16,445 nt of DNA from a bacterium (lineage in GTDB: Bacteria > Acidobacteriota > Blastocatellia > HR10), in NCBI GenBank assembly GCA_041640655.1, contig JBEPZV010000051.1, forward strand, positions 1 to 16,445, read 5' to 3'. Of the stretch, positions 1 to 8,518 are shown one piece after another. Each line of letters starts with the position of its first letter. The stretch's first letter is position 1. A program made the translations under genes and the position numbers. A model generated the notes under the pieces. That model worked only from the letters and a program-made list of their open reading frames with translations. It had not been told where the DNA came from and searched no databases.

Positions 1-548
1 TGTTCTCCCCCGGCGATGACCGGCCCCGGATGCTGCGTTCGCCAGAGTCGGATCGAGAGATAGACGATCGGCACATCCACGAAGGCGAAGATCCCGAAGG
101 CCGCCGCCCACACCCGCTGGCCCGGATGCTCAGCCGCGAACTGTCGCAGGAGCAGATAGCTCACATACAACAGCCACATCACGAGCGTCGAGGTCAGCCG
201 CGCATCCCACGTCCACCAGATCCCCCACACCGGCTTCGCCCAGATCGGTCCCGTGATGAGATTCACCGTGCCGAAGATCACGCCCACTTCTGCCGCGCTG
301 ACGGCCACCGCATCCCACTTCGGCCGCCGTGTCTTCACATACGCCAGACAGGCCAGGAAATTGATGAAGAACGCGACGAAGGCCGTCCAGGCCGAGCTGA
401 CGTGATAGTAGAAGATGCGCTGGACGGTTCCCATCGTCCGCTCCGTCGGCGCGAACCAGAGCGCGTGCAGCACGCCCAGGATCAGCGCGACGCCCGTGAC
501 GCCGACCAGACCGAACCACCATCGTGGGAGTCCCCCTTGAGCCTTCAT
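1..548 (-). CDS. ccmC: Heme chaperone-loading membrane protein CcmC (3' end outside window)
   Basis: Not in the ORF track because there is no stop in the window. Hand translation from ATG 548 gives MKAQGGLPRWWFGLVG...RIFYYHVSSAW...GPIWAKPVWGIWWTWDARLT...RLWRTQHP, with the WWD motif and flanking His. ATGA overlap with the ccmB stop. Confidence 0.95.
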   Translation of the reverse strand, partial: MKAQGGLPRWWFGLVGVTGVALILGVLHALWFAPTERTMGTVQRIFYYHVSSAWTAFVAFFINFLACLAYVKTRRPKWDAVAVSAAEVGVIFGTVNLITGPIWAKPVWGIWWTWDARLTSTLVMWLLYVSYLLLRQFAAEHPGQRVWAAAFGIFAFVDVPIVYLSIRLWRTQHPGPVIAGGE

Positions 549-1219
549 GTCCCCTCCAGTACCGTCTCGAAGAGAAGCAGCGCGAGCGTCGTGTAGATGA
601 GATCGAAGGCGATGAGCACCTGAATCCACACGCGCAGCGCCCCTTCGCCCGAGAGCGAAGCGGCCGTCGCTTCGACGACGGCGATCAAAGCCGGCACCGA
701 GATCGGCAGCAGCAGCAGCGGCAGCAGCAGCTCGCGACTCCGCAGGTTCGTCGTCATCGCCGCGAAGAACGTCCCGTTCACGACGAGCGCCCACGTCCCC
801 AGTACGAGCACCAGGAGCCAAATGCCTACATCCCCGCGAAACGAGAGGTCAAAGAAGACGAGGAAGAGCGGGACCAGGATGGCTTCCGCCAACAGGAGGA
901 AAAGAGCGTTCGCCAAACACTTGCCCAGGAAGAGCGCGCTGGCCGAAGCGGGCGTCAGCCGCAGCGCCTCCAGGCACTCGTTCATCCGCTCGCGCCAGAA
1001 CGAGCGGTCGAGCATGCTCACGCCCGCGAAGAGGAAGGCGATCCACAGGATGCCCGACGCCAGACGCCGCTCCTCGTCCGTGGCCGGTTGGAAGGAGAAG
1101 CTGAAGAGCACAAGCACCAGGAGCGCGAAAAAGAGCATGGCGTTAGTCATCTCGCGCGTCCGCGCTTCGCTCCGCAGATCCTTCACCACGATGTGCCTGG
1201 TCGCCGTCCAGTAGCTCAT
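545..1219 (-). CDS. ccmB: Heme exporter permease CcmB
   Basis: Start MSYWTATRHIVVKDLRSEARTRE (ATG 1219 overlaps the ccmA stop). Hydrophobic, with GILWIAFLFAG and RELLLPLLLLPISVPALI motifs. Lies between ccmA and ccmC. Confidence 0.93.
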   Translation of the reverse strand: MSYWTATRHIVVKDLRSEARTREMTNAMLFFALLVLVLFSFSFQPATDEERRLASGILWIAFLFAGVSMLDRSFWRERMNECLEALRLTPASASALFLGKCLANALFLLLAEAILVPLFLVFFDLSFRGDVGIWLLVLVLGTWALVVNGTFFAAMTTNLRSRELLLPLLLLPISVPALIAVVEATAASLSGEGALRVWIQVLIAFDLIYTTLALLLFETVLEGT

Positions 1220-1938
1220 CCGTCCGCGGTGGGAGAGGGAGCGAGCGTCGCGATCTCCGTCGAGGGAGCGTGTGCCCATCGGCGCCAGGCAGCGACGCGC
1301 CCTCGATCCAGGACGATCTCGCCATCGGCGATCCCCTCTAGGAACTCCGCCTGATGCGTCGTCACCAGCAGCGCCTTCCCGCGCTCCCGCCACTGCCGCA
1401 TCAGCGCGCGCACGCGCTCGATGCTCTCCCGATCCAGACCGGAGAACGGTTCATCGAGCAGAAGCAGATCCGGGTCCGCCAGCAACGCGCGCGCCAGCGA
1501 GGCCTTCTTCCGCATCCCGTGCGAGAGCGCGCGCACCGGACGATGGCGGAACTCTTCCGCGCCGACGTCCCCGAGCACGCGCGCGACGCGTTCCTCAGCC
1601 TCTCGACCCAGGGCATAGAGAGCGGCGTAGAACCTCAGATTCTCCTCGACCGAGAGGTCCTCATAGAGGAATGAGGCATGCCCCAGCAGGCCAATGCGCC
1701 GTCTCACCGCCGGCGTCGGGCGCACCTGTTCGAAGGCCGAGACCGTTCCCGAGCTGGGCTTGAGCAGGAAGGCGGCCACGCGCAGCAACGTGGATTTCCC
1801 CGACCCATTGCCGCCTGTGACGGCCACCAGCTCCCCTCGATGGAGCGTGAAACTCACCTGCCAGAGCGCGACCGTCTCGCCAAACAGCTTACAGACGCGC
1901 TCGAACGCGAGCACCCTGGGTTCGGACGTCCCGTTCAT
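1216..1938 (-). CDS. ccmA: Heme exporter ABC ATPase CcmA
   Basis: Walker A GGNGSGKST, signature LSHGMRKK, Walker B LLLLDEPFSGLD, H-loop TTHQ; adjacent to ccmB. Confidence 0.92.
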   Translation of the reverse strand: MNGTSEPRVLAFERVCKLFGETVALWQVSFTLHRGELVAVTGGNGSGKSTLLRVAAFLLKPSSGTVSAFEQVRPTPAVRRRIGLLGHASFLYEDLSVEENLRFYAALYALGREAEERVARVLGDVGAEEFRHRPVRALSHGMRKKASLARALLADPDLLLLDEPFSGLDRESIERVRALMRQWRERGKALLVTTHQAEFLEGIADGEIVLDRGRVAAWRRWAHAPSTEIATLAPSPTADG

Positions 1939-1974
1939 GCGAGCCCGTACAGGCAGAGCGGCCGCTTCTCGCGA

Positions 1975-2397
1975 TCACGTCCCCGGAGAAGCAGAGGAGC
2001 TCCCCCCCTCTGCCGGTTCGTATTTGGACGCGCACTTGGCCTGGAGCTTCTGCGCGTGAAAGACGCCGTCCTCCCCCCATCGCCCTTCCACGAGGGCTTC
2101 CGCATGATCCACGAAGGTATCCGGCACGGGATCTCGCCCCACGTACACGACAGGCAGGGTCTCGTTGTTTTGCTCCAACAGGAACCGCACGCGCCGTCCC
2201 TCGCGTTGGATGCTGCCCGCCACGACGCGTCCACCGACGCGGAGTCGCTTCTGGCGAACGCTCTCACCCATCTGCTTCAGTTCGGCGACTGTGAGGTAAT
2301 AGGTCTTGCTCTCCTGCATGCCGATCACGGCGAGCCAAGCCAAGGCGCCCAGCAGGATCCCAATCGCGACGGCGAATTTCACTTTCGGATTGCTCAT
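1975..2397 (-). CDS. ccmE: Heme chaperone CcmE, CxxxY variant
   Basis: N-terminal TM, YYLTVAEL, RLRVGGRV, PDTF..ALVEG and C-terminal LQAKCASKYE; SD GGAGGTGAAGG upstream. Confidence 0.95.
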   Translation of the reverse strand: MSNPKVKFAVAIGILLGALAWLAVIGMQESKTYYLTVAELKQMGESVRQKRLRVGGRVVAGSIQREGRRVRFLLEQNNETLPVVYVGRDPVPDTFVDHAEALVEGRWGEDGVFHAQKLQAKCASKYEPAEGGSSSASPGT

Positions 2398-2490
2398 CGT
2401 CCTTCACCTCCGAAAGACCCTCCGCGTGCGCGTCTCGCGCGCTCGGCCCCAGGATCCCTTGTCCCCCGATCGCGCGCGCCGCGCGGCCTC

Positions 2491-3696
2491 TCATGAGGGA
2501 GCTTCAGCGTCGGAGCGCAACGCCGCTTCCAGCGAGTGTTGCAGCGCGCGCCGCTTCGCTTCATAATCGGCTTCGGAGATCTCCCCGCGCTGCCGTCGCA
2601 CTTCGAGCGCGAAGAGCTCGTCTTTCAATGCCGTCAGGTCACGGGTCGGCGTGCCCGAGGCAGGACGCGACGCCTCCGCTCCCTCGCTCACCGTGCGCCT
2701 GAGCGCGTGATTTCGACGCACGGCCATCACGCTGCTCACAGCGAAGGCCAGAGCGAGGGCCGCCAGAATGATCCATTGCCACTTGGCGATCGGACCGGCG
2801 ACGGCTCGAACGGCTCCTCGCGCTTCCTCTGAAGGACCCTCCGCGAGGATATTCGGAGCCCGTCCGCTCACGCTCCAGGAGAGCTCCATCCCCGCGCGCG
2901 CATCGTCGAGCACATAGACCGAGAGCCCTTGCTCGGACCCCAGCGGTCGGAATCCGGCCGCTTCGACGCTCATGGGTTCGGGCACAAGAAGCCGCACGCG
3001 CCCGACATTCCACGGCAGCACCTCGCGAATGTGCGCGCGCTCCTCTGAATAGGGAAGTTGCGAGACGACGAAGAACTGCGTCGTCCCCGGTCGCAGCGGG
3101 TGTTCAATGCGCCAGGTGCCATCCCCGACCTCACGCGCGGCGATGGCGAGCGGCATGCCGCTGGCTCCCACCACGGAGACGCGCTCGGGGCGCACGCCCT
3201 CCGGCAAAGCGAAGGTGAAGATGCCCTCCGGGCGAAAGAGCGTCACCGGAGGCGTCGTCGCATTCCGAACGCTGTACTCCCGCCCGATGAGCAATCGGCC
3301 CTCCATCGGTTGCACGAGATACGTGAGCCGTTCGACCTCATATCGTCCCGCCGCGCGCGCTTCGTAGACGCGCAGCGTGAGGGACGAGCTGCCCGGGGAG
3401 ACCATCTCATGGTAGTTGACGCCTTGATATGTCGCCCGTACCATCATGGGCTTCGTCGTCGCGGCCGAGAATGCGAACCGTCCCTGCGCGTCCGTGCGCG
3501 TCTTCTCAGCGACCTGCATCCCTTCGTCGAGGACGACCAAGTGCACTTCGACGCCGGCCGCCGGTCTCCCCGTCGTGCCGTTGATCACCGTGCCGCGCAC
3601 GTCCGCGCGCACGAGCATGGGCACGCCAAGCAGGAGTACGAGCCCTCCCCACCGTCGAAGAGCCCGCGAGAGCATCTGTCGTGTCGAATGCTTCAT
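2491..3696 (-). CDS. Exported protein with N-terminal carboxypeptidase-regulatory-like beta-sandwich, C-terminal TM and SHOCT/CcmI-like tail (ccm accessory)
   Basis: Likely start ATG 3696 (MKHSTRQ; GGGAGGGAG upstream), signal peptide, then VRGTVINGTTGRPAAG...RTDAQGRFAF, TM WQWIILAALALAFAVSSVMAV and tail LKDELFALEVRRQRGEISEADYE. Confidence 0.8.
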   Translation of the reverse strand: MKHSTRQMLSRALRRWGGLVLLLGVPMLVRADVRGTVINGTTGRPAAGVEVHLVVLDEGMQVAEKTRTDAQGRFAFSAATTKPMMVRATYQGVNYHEMVSPGSSSLTLRVYEARAAGRYEVERLTYLVQPMEGRLLIGREYSVRNATTPPVTLFRPEGIFTFALPEGVRPERVSVVGASGMPLAIAAREVGDGTWRIEHPLRPGTTQFFVVSQLPYSEERAHIREVLPWNVGRVRLLVPEPMSVEAAGFRPLGSEQGLSVYVLDDARAGMELSWSVSGRAPNILAEGPSEEARGAVRAVAGPIAKWQWIILAALALAFAVSSVMAVRRNHALRRTVSEGAEASRPASGTPTRDLTALKDELFALEVRRQRGEISEADYEAKRRALQHSLEAALRSDAEAPS

Positions 3697-3736
3697 GAAC
3701 CGTCTCTCCCTCCCACGGCGCGAGCGATCGCCCTCC

Positions 3737-4021
3737 TCATGCGCGACGCTCGGCGGGCGACAGTCTCTCCAGCTCCGCCAGCACGACCGCGATCTCGGCC
3801 TCCAACGTCGCGCGCGCGCGTTCGTAGTCGGCCTCCGAGAGCTTACCCGCGCGATACTCGAAGCGCAGGTCACGAAGATTGTCGAGCAGTTGCTCCTTCT
3901 TCTCCGTCAAGACGGCGAGCCGATCCCTCACCCGCCCGACGTCCTGCGCCTCTTCGAAGAAGATGTACATGAGCGTCGCGAGCACCAGAACGCCACACAG
4001 GATCACAAGGAGGGCGGTCAC
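3737..4021 (-). CDS. Small membrane protein resembling the CcmI/CycH N-terminal segment
   Basis: GTG start overlapping the ccmH stop; N-terminal TM followed by amphipathic helices LLDNLRDLRFEYRAGKLSEADYERARATLE. Confidence 0.8.
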   Translation of the reverse strand: MTALLVILCGVLVLATLMYIFFEEAQDVGRVRDRLAVLTEKKEQLLDNLRDLRFEYRAGKLSEADYERARATLEAEIAVVLAELERLSPAERRA

Positions 4022-4608
4022 GGGAGACCTCCCAGTTCACGTTCGATCTCCTGGCGCACGCGCTCGCGCCAGGCCGGGTCGTCCGGGATCGGCGCGCCCA
4101 TCGTTGGAGTCGCAACCGACCGCCGAGACCATCGCCGCAGCACCAGGGCGATCACCACCAGCCCACCGGCCGCTGCCGCAAACGGCGCGATCCAGGCCGC
4201 CAGATTGAACCCCTGCGCCGGAGGAGCAGCCAGAACCGCCGTCCCGTACTGTTGGATCATCGCTTGGATGGCCAGATCATCGCTCTCGTAGCGTTGCACC
4301 GCCTGCCGCAACGTCGCTATCGCTGGCCCGGAGAACGGGCAGTTGCGATGATTGCATTCGACCAAGATTTGATTGCATCCGCAGAGACAGAGCAGTTTCT
4401 TCCCGATGCGCTTGACGCGCTCTTCGAGGGTCGCTTCGGACGCCTCCGCGCTCGAGGATGGCGCGCGCATCATATACGGAGCGGCGAGGAGAATCCCAAG
4501 AGCGAGGAGCAAGATCCATCGCCCCCTTCGGTCGAAGGGCTCGCGCGCATTCCCGGTGGTCATCCGCGCGCTCCCCCGAATGCCCCGATCCTCAATCCCC
4601 TTTGGCAT
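4018..4608 (-). CDS. ccmH: Cytochrome c biogenesis protein CcmH-like (Cys-rich variant); start may be 4563
   Basis: Signal/TM, KKLLCLCGCNQILVECNHRNC, QQYGTAVLAAPPAQGFNLAAWIAPF and a C-terminal TM; directly downstream of ccmF. Confidence 0.85.
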   Translation of the reverse strand: MPKGIEDRGIRGSARMTTGNAREPFDRRGRWILLLALGILLAAPYMMRAPSSSAEASEATLEERVKRIGKKLLCLCGCNQILVECNHRNCPFSGPAIATLRQAVQRYESDDLAIQAMIQQYGTAVLAAPPAQGFNLAAWIAPFAAAAGGLVVIALVLRRWSRRSVATPTMGAPIPDDPAWRERVRQEIERELGGLP

Positions 4609-6622
4609 ACGCGACCTCTCGCTCCCGAGCGGCAGCGCGTTCGCTCACAGCGACCTTCATCGGCCGGCGTCCCGGATACAGGGCGATGAGCGTCCCCAGG
4701 ATCACGATCCCGCCGCCGATCCACAGCCACCGCACAAGCGGATTCAGATAGGCGTGGATGATGGGGACTCCCGTCTCCGTCACGCCCGCGAAATAAATGT
4801 AGAGGTCCTCGCGCCATCCCGAATGGATCATCACTTTCGTGAGCGGCTGTTCGCTCGCCTTATACAGCCGCCGCTCCGGCATGAGCGTGGTGAGGACCTC
4901 GTCGCCCCGACGCACTTCGAGCGTGAGGCGATCGTAGATGTAATTCGGCGTCTCTCCCTGAGCCCGATCCTTCAAGGTCACGGCATAGCGGCCCAACTCC
5001 AGCGTCGCGCCCATGGGCATCTCCATCTCGCGCTCCTTATTGAAGGCCGCTCCGGCGATCCCCACGAAGACGACCACGATCCCGAAGTGCACGATGTATC
5101 CCCCATACCGCCGCGTGTTCCGAAGCACGAGCTGCGCGAGGGCTTGCCCCCAGGTCCGCCCCGTCTGTGAGCGGATGACCCGCGCTCCGCGCCAGAACTC
5201 GCTCACGATCGTGACGGTCACAAACGCTGCGAGCATGAAGGCGATCAGCGCATAAGGCTCCCTCACCCCGAAGGCGAGCAGGAGCACGCCCGTCGCCCCC
5301 CCGATGAGCGTCGGAGTGGTGAAGTTCCGCTTCAGGCTCTCCCACGACGTCCGCCGCCACGCCAGCAGCGGCCCCACGCCCGTCAAGAAAAGCAGAAAGA
5401 GGAAGATCGGGATGTTCACCCGATTGAAGAACGGCGGGCCAACGCTCACCTTATTCCCCGTGATCGCCTCCGAGATCACCGGAAAGAGCGTCCCCCACAG
5501 GACGGCGAAGCAAGCCGCCAGCAGCACCAGATTGTTGAAGAGAAAGGAAGCCTCGCGCGAGAGCACGGCCTCCAGCCGATGCTCACTCCGCAAATAGTCT
5601 CGACGGCGAGTGAAGAAGAAGAGGCAGACGGCGAACACCACCAGCAGGAACCCGGCGAACCAATGTCCGATCGGCGATTGCGCGAAGGCGTGCACCGAAC
5701 TCACCACGCCCGAGCGCGTCAGGAACGTGCCGAAGACGCAGAGCAGAAAGGTGATGAAGACCAACCACACGTTCCACACCTTGAGCATGCCACGGCGTTC
5801 CTGCATCATCACCGAGTGGAGGAACGCCGTGCCCGTCAGCCACGGCATGAACGACGCGTTCTCCACCGGGTCCCACGCCCAATACCCCCCCCAGCCGAGA
5901 ACGGCATACGCCCAATGCGCGCCCATCAGGATCCCCAGACTCAAAAAGCCCCAGGCGATCATCGTCCATCGGCGCGTGACATGAATCCATCGTTCCCCAG
6001 GCGAGCGCGTGATCAAGGCCGCGAGCGCAAAGGCGAAGGGGACGGAGAAGCCGACATAGCCGAGATAGAGCGTCGGAGGATGCAGGGCCATCTCCGGATA
6101 CTGCAGCAGCGGATTCAATCCCCGCCCATCCGGTGGCGCGAACGGACGCATCGTCCCATCGGCGGCCACTTCCGCCAGAGGCCGAAACGGGCTCACGATG
6201 AAGGCGTTCAGGATGAGGAAGAAGAGCTGAACGCCCGCCAGGATCGCGCCGGCCAGCGGCCGCAGCTCTCCCTCTTCCCGATGCCTCACCAGCACGACGA
6301 ACATGTAGCCGGAGAGGATCCAGCTCCAGAAGAGAAGTGATCCCTCCTGTCCCGCCCACAGCGCCGTGAGCTTATACAGAAGAGGGAGATCGCGATTGCT
6401 GTGATTCGCCACGTAAGCGATCGAGAACTCATTGGTGAGAAAGAGTCCCCACAGACAGGCGATCGCCACGCTCAGCGTGGGGAAGATCGTGACGCCCGCG
6501 CGCCGCGCCGTCTCCCGGAGAACAGGATGACCCGTCCGATGCGCCACGATCCCGGCGATGAAGGCATACGCACAGGCCGTCACAGCGAGCAGAACGGCGA
6601 AGGAGCCCAATGAGTCCATCAT
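4592..6622 (-). CDS. ccmF: Cytochrome c heme lyase subunit CcmF
   Basis: Motifs LWAGQEGSLLFW, GLNPLLQ, HPPTLYLGY, WGGYWAWDPVENASFMPW, SVHAF and YGGYIVHFG; start at MMDSLG (6622 or 6619) after GGGAG. Confidence 0.97.
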   Translation of the reverse strand: MMDSLGSFAVLLAVTACAYAFIAGIVAHRTGHPVLRETARRAGVTIFPTLSVAIACLWGLFLTNEFSIAYVANHSNRDLPLLYKLTALWAGQEGSLLFWSWILSGYMFVVLVRHREEGELRPLAGAILAGVQLFFLILNAFIVSPFRPLAEVAADGTMRPFAPPDGRGLNPLLQYPEMALHPPTLYLGYVGFSVPFAFALAALITRSPGERWIHVTRRWTMIAWGFLSLGILMGAHWAYAVLGWGGYWAWDPVENASFMPWLTGTAFLHSVMMQERRGMLKVWNVWLVFITFLLCVFGTFLTRSGVVSSVHAFAQSPIGHWFAGFLLVVFAVCLFFFTRRRDYLRSEHRLEAVLSREASFLFNNLVLLAACFAVLWGTLFPVISEAITGNKVSVGPPFFNRVNIPIFLFLLFLTGVGPLLAWRRTSWESLKRNFTTPTLIGGATGVLLLAFGVREPYALIAFMLAAFVTVTIVSEFWRGARVIRSQTGRTWGQALAQLVLRNTRRYGGYIVHFGIVVVFVGIAGAAFNKEREMEMPMGATLELGRYAVTLKDRAQGETPNYIYDRLTLEVRRGDEVLTTLMPERRLYKASEQPLTKVMIHSGWREDLYIYFAGVTETGVPIIHAYLNPLVRWLWIGGGIVILGTLIALYPGRRPMKVAVSERAAAREREVAYAKGD

Positions 6623-6654
6623 CCGCGCCCGTCTCCCAGAGAAGTCGAAGAGAA

Positions 6655-6684
6655 ATGGTACTCGCGCCCCTCCGGGAGCGTCAA
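6655..6684 (-). promoter_or_regulatory. Putative sigma70 promoter of the ccm operon
   Basis: Minus strand TTGACG (6684-6679), N18, TACCAT (6660-6655), about 30 nt upstream of the ccmF start. Confidence 0.6.
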
Positions 6685-6938
6685 GCGGCCGGAAGATCGC
6701 TCCTTGGGAGGCCCCCACCACGAATCACACCCCGCGAGATCACGACCGACGCGGGTGAGGGGCTTGCGCGCTCAAAAGCCCACGCCCGCCTATGCCGAGA
6801 GCGTCGCCTTCCAGGTGGTCAATGGTCGGCCAGAGGCCGACGCTTCCAGGCCTCGCGCTCCCACTGTCCCACCCGGCGACGATGCGCTCTCGAACCGCGA
6901 GCCTCCGCACGCCGTATCGTTCTCTCATCCTCCGTCAG

Positions 6939-6968
6939 TTGACGGTGCGGAGGGCCCCCGGCGATACT
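6939..6968 (+). promoter_or_regulatory. Putative sigma70 promoter of the serine hydrolase gene
   Basis: TTGACG (6939-6944), N18, GATACT (6963-6968); SD GGAGG at 7001-7005. Confidence 0.5.
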
Positions 6969-7012
6969 CCTTCCGCATGTTCGTCGGAATCCCATGTCGA
7001 GGAGGGATGAGG

Positions 7013-8371
7013 ATGAGAAAGCTCGGCTTCAGAGTGGGCTCGCTCGTCGCGTGCGTCCTTTTCGCCACCGCGCGCGGCAGTGCTCAGGACATCGCGTCCA
7101 AGATCGAGGCCTACATGAACGCTCACGTCCGCGTGAATCACTTCAGCGGAGCGATCCTCGTCGCTCGCGAAGGGCGGGTGATCCTGAGCAAAGGATACGG
7201 CTGGGCGAATATCGAGCACGAAGTGCCGAATACCCCGCAGACGAAGTTCCGCCTCGGCTCCATCACCAAGCAATTCACCGCGATGGCGATCCTGTTGCTC
7301 GAGGAACGCGGCCGGTTGAGCGTGCACGACCCGATTTGTACGTATGTGCCGAATTGCCCCGAGGCGTGGCGAGAGGTCACGATCCATCACTTGGTCACGC
7401 ATACGTCGGGAATTCCGAATTTCACCAGCTTCCCCGATTACGTCAGGACGCAGTGTCTGGAAGAGCCGTCGCCGCCAGCGAGCACGCTCGAGCGATTCCG
7501 GAATAAGCCCCTTGATTTCCGGCCGGGGGAGCGGATGAGTTACAGCAACTCGGGCTATATCGTGCTCGGCTACATCATCGAGAAAGTGGCGGGCGAGTCC
7601 TATGAGGCGTTCCTTCGGAAGAACATCTTTGAGCCGTTGAAGATGGCGAACACGGGCTACGAAAGCCGCGGCGCGATCCTGAAACACCGCGCCGCGGGCT
7701 ACAGTTGGCAGGGCGATCAGCTCATCAACGCGGCGTACATTGACATGACGATCCCTCACGCCGCCGGCGGATTGTACTCAACGGTGGAGGACCTCTTTCT
7801 CTGGGACCAAGCTCTCTACGCGGAACGGCTCGTCTCGAAGGCCTCGCTGGAGAGGATGTTCACGCCGTTCAAGGACAACTACGCATACGGCTGGATGGTG
7901 ACGACCCACCTCAAGCGCAAGATGATCGGACATGGAGGGCGCATCAACGGCTTCAGCACGTTCATCGCGCGATACCCGGACGACAAGGTGCTGGTCGTCG
8001 TGCTCAGCAATATCGAGAGCGCGCCATCGGGTCGGATCGCGCGCGATCTCGCCGCCATCGTCTTCGGCGAGCCGTACGAGCTCCCCAGAGAGCGCGTGGC
8101 CGTTAAGCTCGATCCGAAGATCCTCGACGCGTATGTCGGGCAATACGAGCTGGCCCCGAATCTGCTTCTCACCATCATCCGAGAAGGCGATCGGTTGCTG
8201 GTGCGGGTGGGAGGGCAGCCGCCGATCGAATTGTTCCCTGAATCGGAGACGAGATTCTTCCTCCGCGTCGTGGACGCCGAGATCACGTTCGTGAAGAACG
8301 AGCGGGGAGAAATCACCCACCTCGTGCTTCACCAGGGGGGACAAGATCACTTGGCGAGGAGGATTCGATAA
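7013..8371 (+). CDS. Secreted beta-lactamase-family (class C / D-aminopeptidase-like) serine hydrolase with C-terminal DUF3471-like domain
   Basis: Signal peptide MRKLGFRVGSLVACVLFATARGSA; SxxK (FRLGSITKQF), YxN (YSNSGY), HTSGIP and GHGG motifs; C-terminal LDAYVGQYEL...LFPESETRFF. SD supports a start at 7013 rather than 6704. Confidence 0.92.
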   Translation: MRKLGFRVGSLVACVLFATARGSAQDIASKIEAYMNAHVRVNHFSGAILVAREGRVILSKGYGWANIEHEVPNTPQTKFRLGSITKQFTAMAILLLEERGRLSVHDPICTYVPNCPEAWREVTIHHLVTHTSGIPNFTSFPDYVRTQCLEEPSPPASTLERFRNKPLDFRPGERMSYSNSGYIVLGYIIEKVAGESYEAFLRKNIFEPLKMANTGYESRGAILKHRAAGYSWQGDQLINAAYIDMTIPHAAGGLYSTVEDLFLWDQALYAERLVSKASLERMFTPFKDNYAYGWMVTTHLKRKMIGHGGRINGFSTFIARYPDDKVLVVVLSNIESAPSGRIARDLAAIVFGEPYELPRERVAVKLDPKILDAYVGQYELAPNLLLTIIREGDRLLVRVGGQPPIELFPESETRFFLRVVDAEITFVKNERGEITHLVLHQGGQDHLARRIR

Positions 8372-8518
8372 GCGCGCTCCCCTTTGGCTCAGGCCGACGC
8401 GGCAAGAGCATCATCTCCGGCGAATGGGGAGCGCGTCGGGAGACGGCGCCCTGGATCGCTCGCGACGTCTCCTGCCTTCGCGGCGAGGGGCTGACGCGCT
8501 GAACCGGCGCACGGTCCC

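Noticed and set aside
130..522. 130-aa minus-strand ORF
   Set aside because: Wrong frame; the real gene is ccmC starting at 548.
706..731. GCA triplet repeat
   Set aside because: Encodes the normal Leu run of CcmB (LLLPLLLLP).
2264..2494. 76-aa ORF as a possible ccmD
   Set aside because: No TM helix, and it overlaps ccmE out of frame.
6796..6892. Hairpin as SRP RNA or tRNA
   Set aside because: No SRP helix-8 CAGG...GNRA...AGCA motif and no cloverleaf or T-loop on either strand.
6704..7012. N-terminal extension of the serine hydrolase in the ORF track
   Set aside because: Promoter, SD and signal peptide all point to a start at 7013 (or 7007).
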